Under the pieces are notes generated by a model. The model did no database searches, was not told the origin of the DNA, and saw only the letters and a list, made by a program, of their open reading frames with translations. From assembly GCA_020184695.1 (NCBI GenBank), contig JAANOX010000238.1, positions 248,001 to 312,000 of the forward strand: 64,000 nucleotides of DNA, written 5' to 3'. Shown here one piece after another: positions 62,145-64,000 of this stretch. Positions within the stretch are counted from its first letter, which is position 1. Each line of letters begins with the position of its first letter. This DNA comes from Histomonas meleagridis 2922-C6/04-290x. Taxonomy: Eukaryota > Protista > Parabasalia. Made by a program: the position numbers and the translations under genes.

Positions 62145-63599
62145 TTATTTAAAGTCAAAATCAGTGATTTTCTCGTTTTTTCTGTCTAATAATTTTGGTG
62201 CGCATACTTTCAGCAAGTCCTTTTTCATCGGCACGTACACAACTCCCGGTTTCATGTTCGCTTTATACCTTTTAGCTCTTTTTATTTTGTCACTATATTT
62301 TTTCTGTGAAATTTTCTGATGATTACGTAAATCAGAAACATCAATTTTACACATTTCATGTATACACTCTATTCTAATTTCATGTTCTTCTCTCATTAAT
62401 ATCTTTTTAATACGAAGTTTTTCTTTAACATTTTGATTATCACATCGACTTTCAGCTTCGAGCTCAAGTAATTGATCTTCATATTGCTCATTAAGAATCT
62501 CAATTAAAAGGTTTTCTTTCTCTTTTGATGCAGTTATTCGATTTTCATATTTCAAAAATGAATCTCGAGATTTCTGTTGAAGTTGCTTGATATCATTAAC
62601 GTTAGCAGAACGTTTGGCTTCACTTTCGATATCAAGCCCATCTATAAGCTCAGTAAGATATGAGGCTTCATCAGCCCATAATTCACTGATGCATTTGTCG
62701 CGCAACTTTTTGAATACTTTATACGCCCGTTTCGGATCTTTGACGTTGGAGAGGTCGCCAGTGAGGACAGTGTTATAAATCTCTCTGTCGGAATGACGAA
62801 CAATCTTCCCAAGATTACCAAAGAGTTCTTTGGGTTCTTCTTCGCTTTCTTCATCGGAGTATACAATTTTAGCTTTCGGATCGGGTTTTCGATTTTTGAG
62901 CATAAGAGCTTCAGACATGCGGGAAATGTTGGAAGAAGCTTCCCCAAGTTTCATCCCATCACTTCCACACCTTCGATGATGATGAGAGATATTAAGAGAG
63001 AAACGAGTGTTCTTTCTTGTATTATTACGAGCAGTGCCGTTGTCGTATGTGTTGTATGGAAATGATTTTAAAGGCTTTTTTTGGTTTAAAAGTTGTATTT
63101 GTCGGAATGAGGATTGAGTATGTGCACGTGTAAGTTTGATAAGATCATCTGGTGGCTCATATCCCATCTCTTTCCATCTTTGAAGATTCTTTGTTCTTAA
63201 TTCTTTAACGATTTGTACTTGAGGATCATTATCTTCTTCCTCTTCTTCTTGTTTGGTTAATTCTTTGGGAGTTTTTTCAGATGGTACAGTCCTAGTAGGC
63301 CGAGCATCTGAATATGGTTTTCCACCTTTTAAAACCATATTCCCATCAATAGAGGTAAATGAAGGTTGACGAAATGTGAGTCCAATAGGTTTATCACCAT
63401 CACCTCCTTCATCAAAAACTATAATGGGGTCATCTTTATCTTGCTTTAAATTTTTATTTGCTTGAGATTTTTCATGATTTTGCATCTCAATTTTTGGTGC
63501 TATTGAATTTTTGAAGTGAACATCTAAAATTGTCTCTTGCTGGGAAGGGTGCTGAGCAAGTAATGCTGCAAGAGGTCCTGCTTCTTCACTCATTTCCAA
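62145..63599 (-). CDS. Hypothetical protein with C-terminal coiled coil (484 aa)
   Basis: Long ORF with gene-like codon usage and a charged helical C half. Confidence 0.7.
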   Translation of the reverse strand: MEMSEEAGPLAALLAQHPSQQETILDVHFKNSIAPKIEMQNHEKSQANKNLKQDKDDPIIVFDEGGDGDKPIGLTFRQPSFTSIDGNMVLKGGKPYSDARPTRTVPSEKTPKELTKQEEEEEDNDPQVQIVKELRTKNLQRWKEMGYEPPDDLIKLTRAHTQSSFRQIQLLNQKKPLKSFPYNTYDNGTARNNTRKNTRFSLNISHHHRRCGSDGMKLGEASSNISRMSEALMLKNRKPDPKAKIVYSDEESEEEPKELFGNLGKIVRHSDREIYNTVLTGDLSNVKDPKRAYKVFKKLRDKCISELWADEASYLTELIDGLDIESEAKRSANVNDIKQLQQKSRDSFLKYENRITASKEKENLLIEILNEQYEDQLLELEAESRCDNQNVKEKLRIKKILMREEHEIRIECIHEMCKIDVSDLRNHQKISQKKYSDKIKRAKRYKANMKPGVVYVPMKKDLLKVCAPKLLDRKNEKITDFDFK

Positions 63600-64000
63600 T
63601 TTTAAAGTACGAAAAACCGTCGATGTTCACAAATATTTTATTCAAAAGCTTACAAAAAGTAGCATCGAAAGTGACAAAGCCGATGCAGATTCTGCACTTC
63701 GAGTTTTCGGTTTGTCACTCGGTTGTGAGCTTTACTCATACAATACTTCTATGAAATTTTATCGGCATATAAATTGAGTATGTTTGTTTGGGAGATCAGC
63801 GGTTTTCAGAATCAAACTGTAAAAAACTGGATTAATAATATTGCATATTATAAATAATTATTGAATACAACAAGTCATAAAAAAATAATTTCATGAAAAA
63901 ATCATCATAGTCTTCGTTATAAATATAACTTTCAACACTATTTTAAGAAATTACTTCGGGGATACTTTTCCCACATTAAAAATAAATCCATTAAATTCAA

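Overview
AT-rich eukaryotic genomic DNA. The gene families (BspA-like surface proteins, DUF3447-type ankyrin, Nim), the CCTTT/TCAY core promoter motifs, TAAA stop/poly(A) coupling and the lack of ordinary introns point to a parabasalid (Tritrichomonas/Histomonas/Trichomonas-like); the organism is inferred. Housekeeping genes: 3' part of an axonemal dynein heavy chain, RPL26, Vps33, Vps16, two PPP phosphatases, two bromodomain-ET proteins, a neurofibromin-like protein, a Sec7-PH ArfGEF and a CK1/TTBK kinase. Accessory DNA: four BspA/stalk-TM surface genes, Tc1/IS630 remnants and a bacterial-type Nim gene. Main discovery: ankyrin-repeat genes on the minus strand (43163-44484, 46074-47636, and a decayed fragment at 35805-35938) are interrupted by clusters of 17-nt, AT-rich insertions without GT-AG ends. 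These separate single codons (3-6-nt micro-exons) at a 20-nt period. Removing them rebuilds near-consensus ankyrin hairpins (e.g. NIKS-D-K-G-MTAL, NEKD-L-Q-G-RTIL, NICNNN-G-EIPL) and continuous reading frames. This implies an unrecognised processing or recoding system. All parsing was done by hand, and the mechanism cannot be determined from DNA alone.
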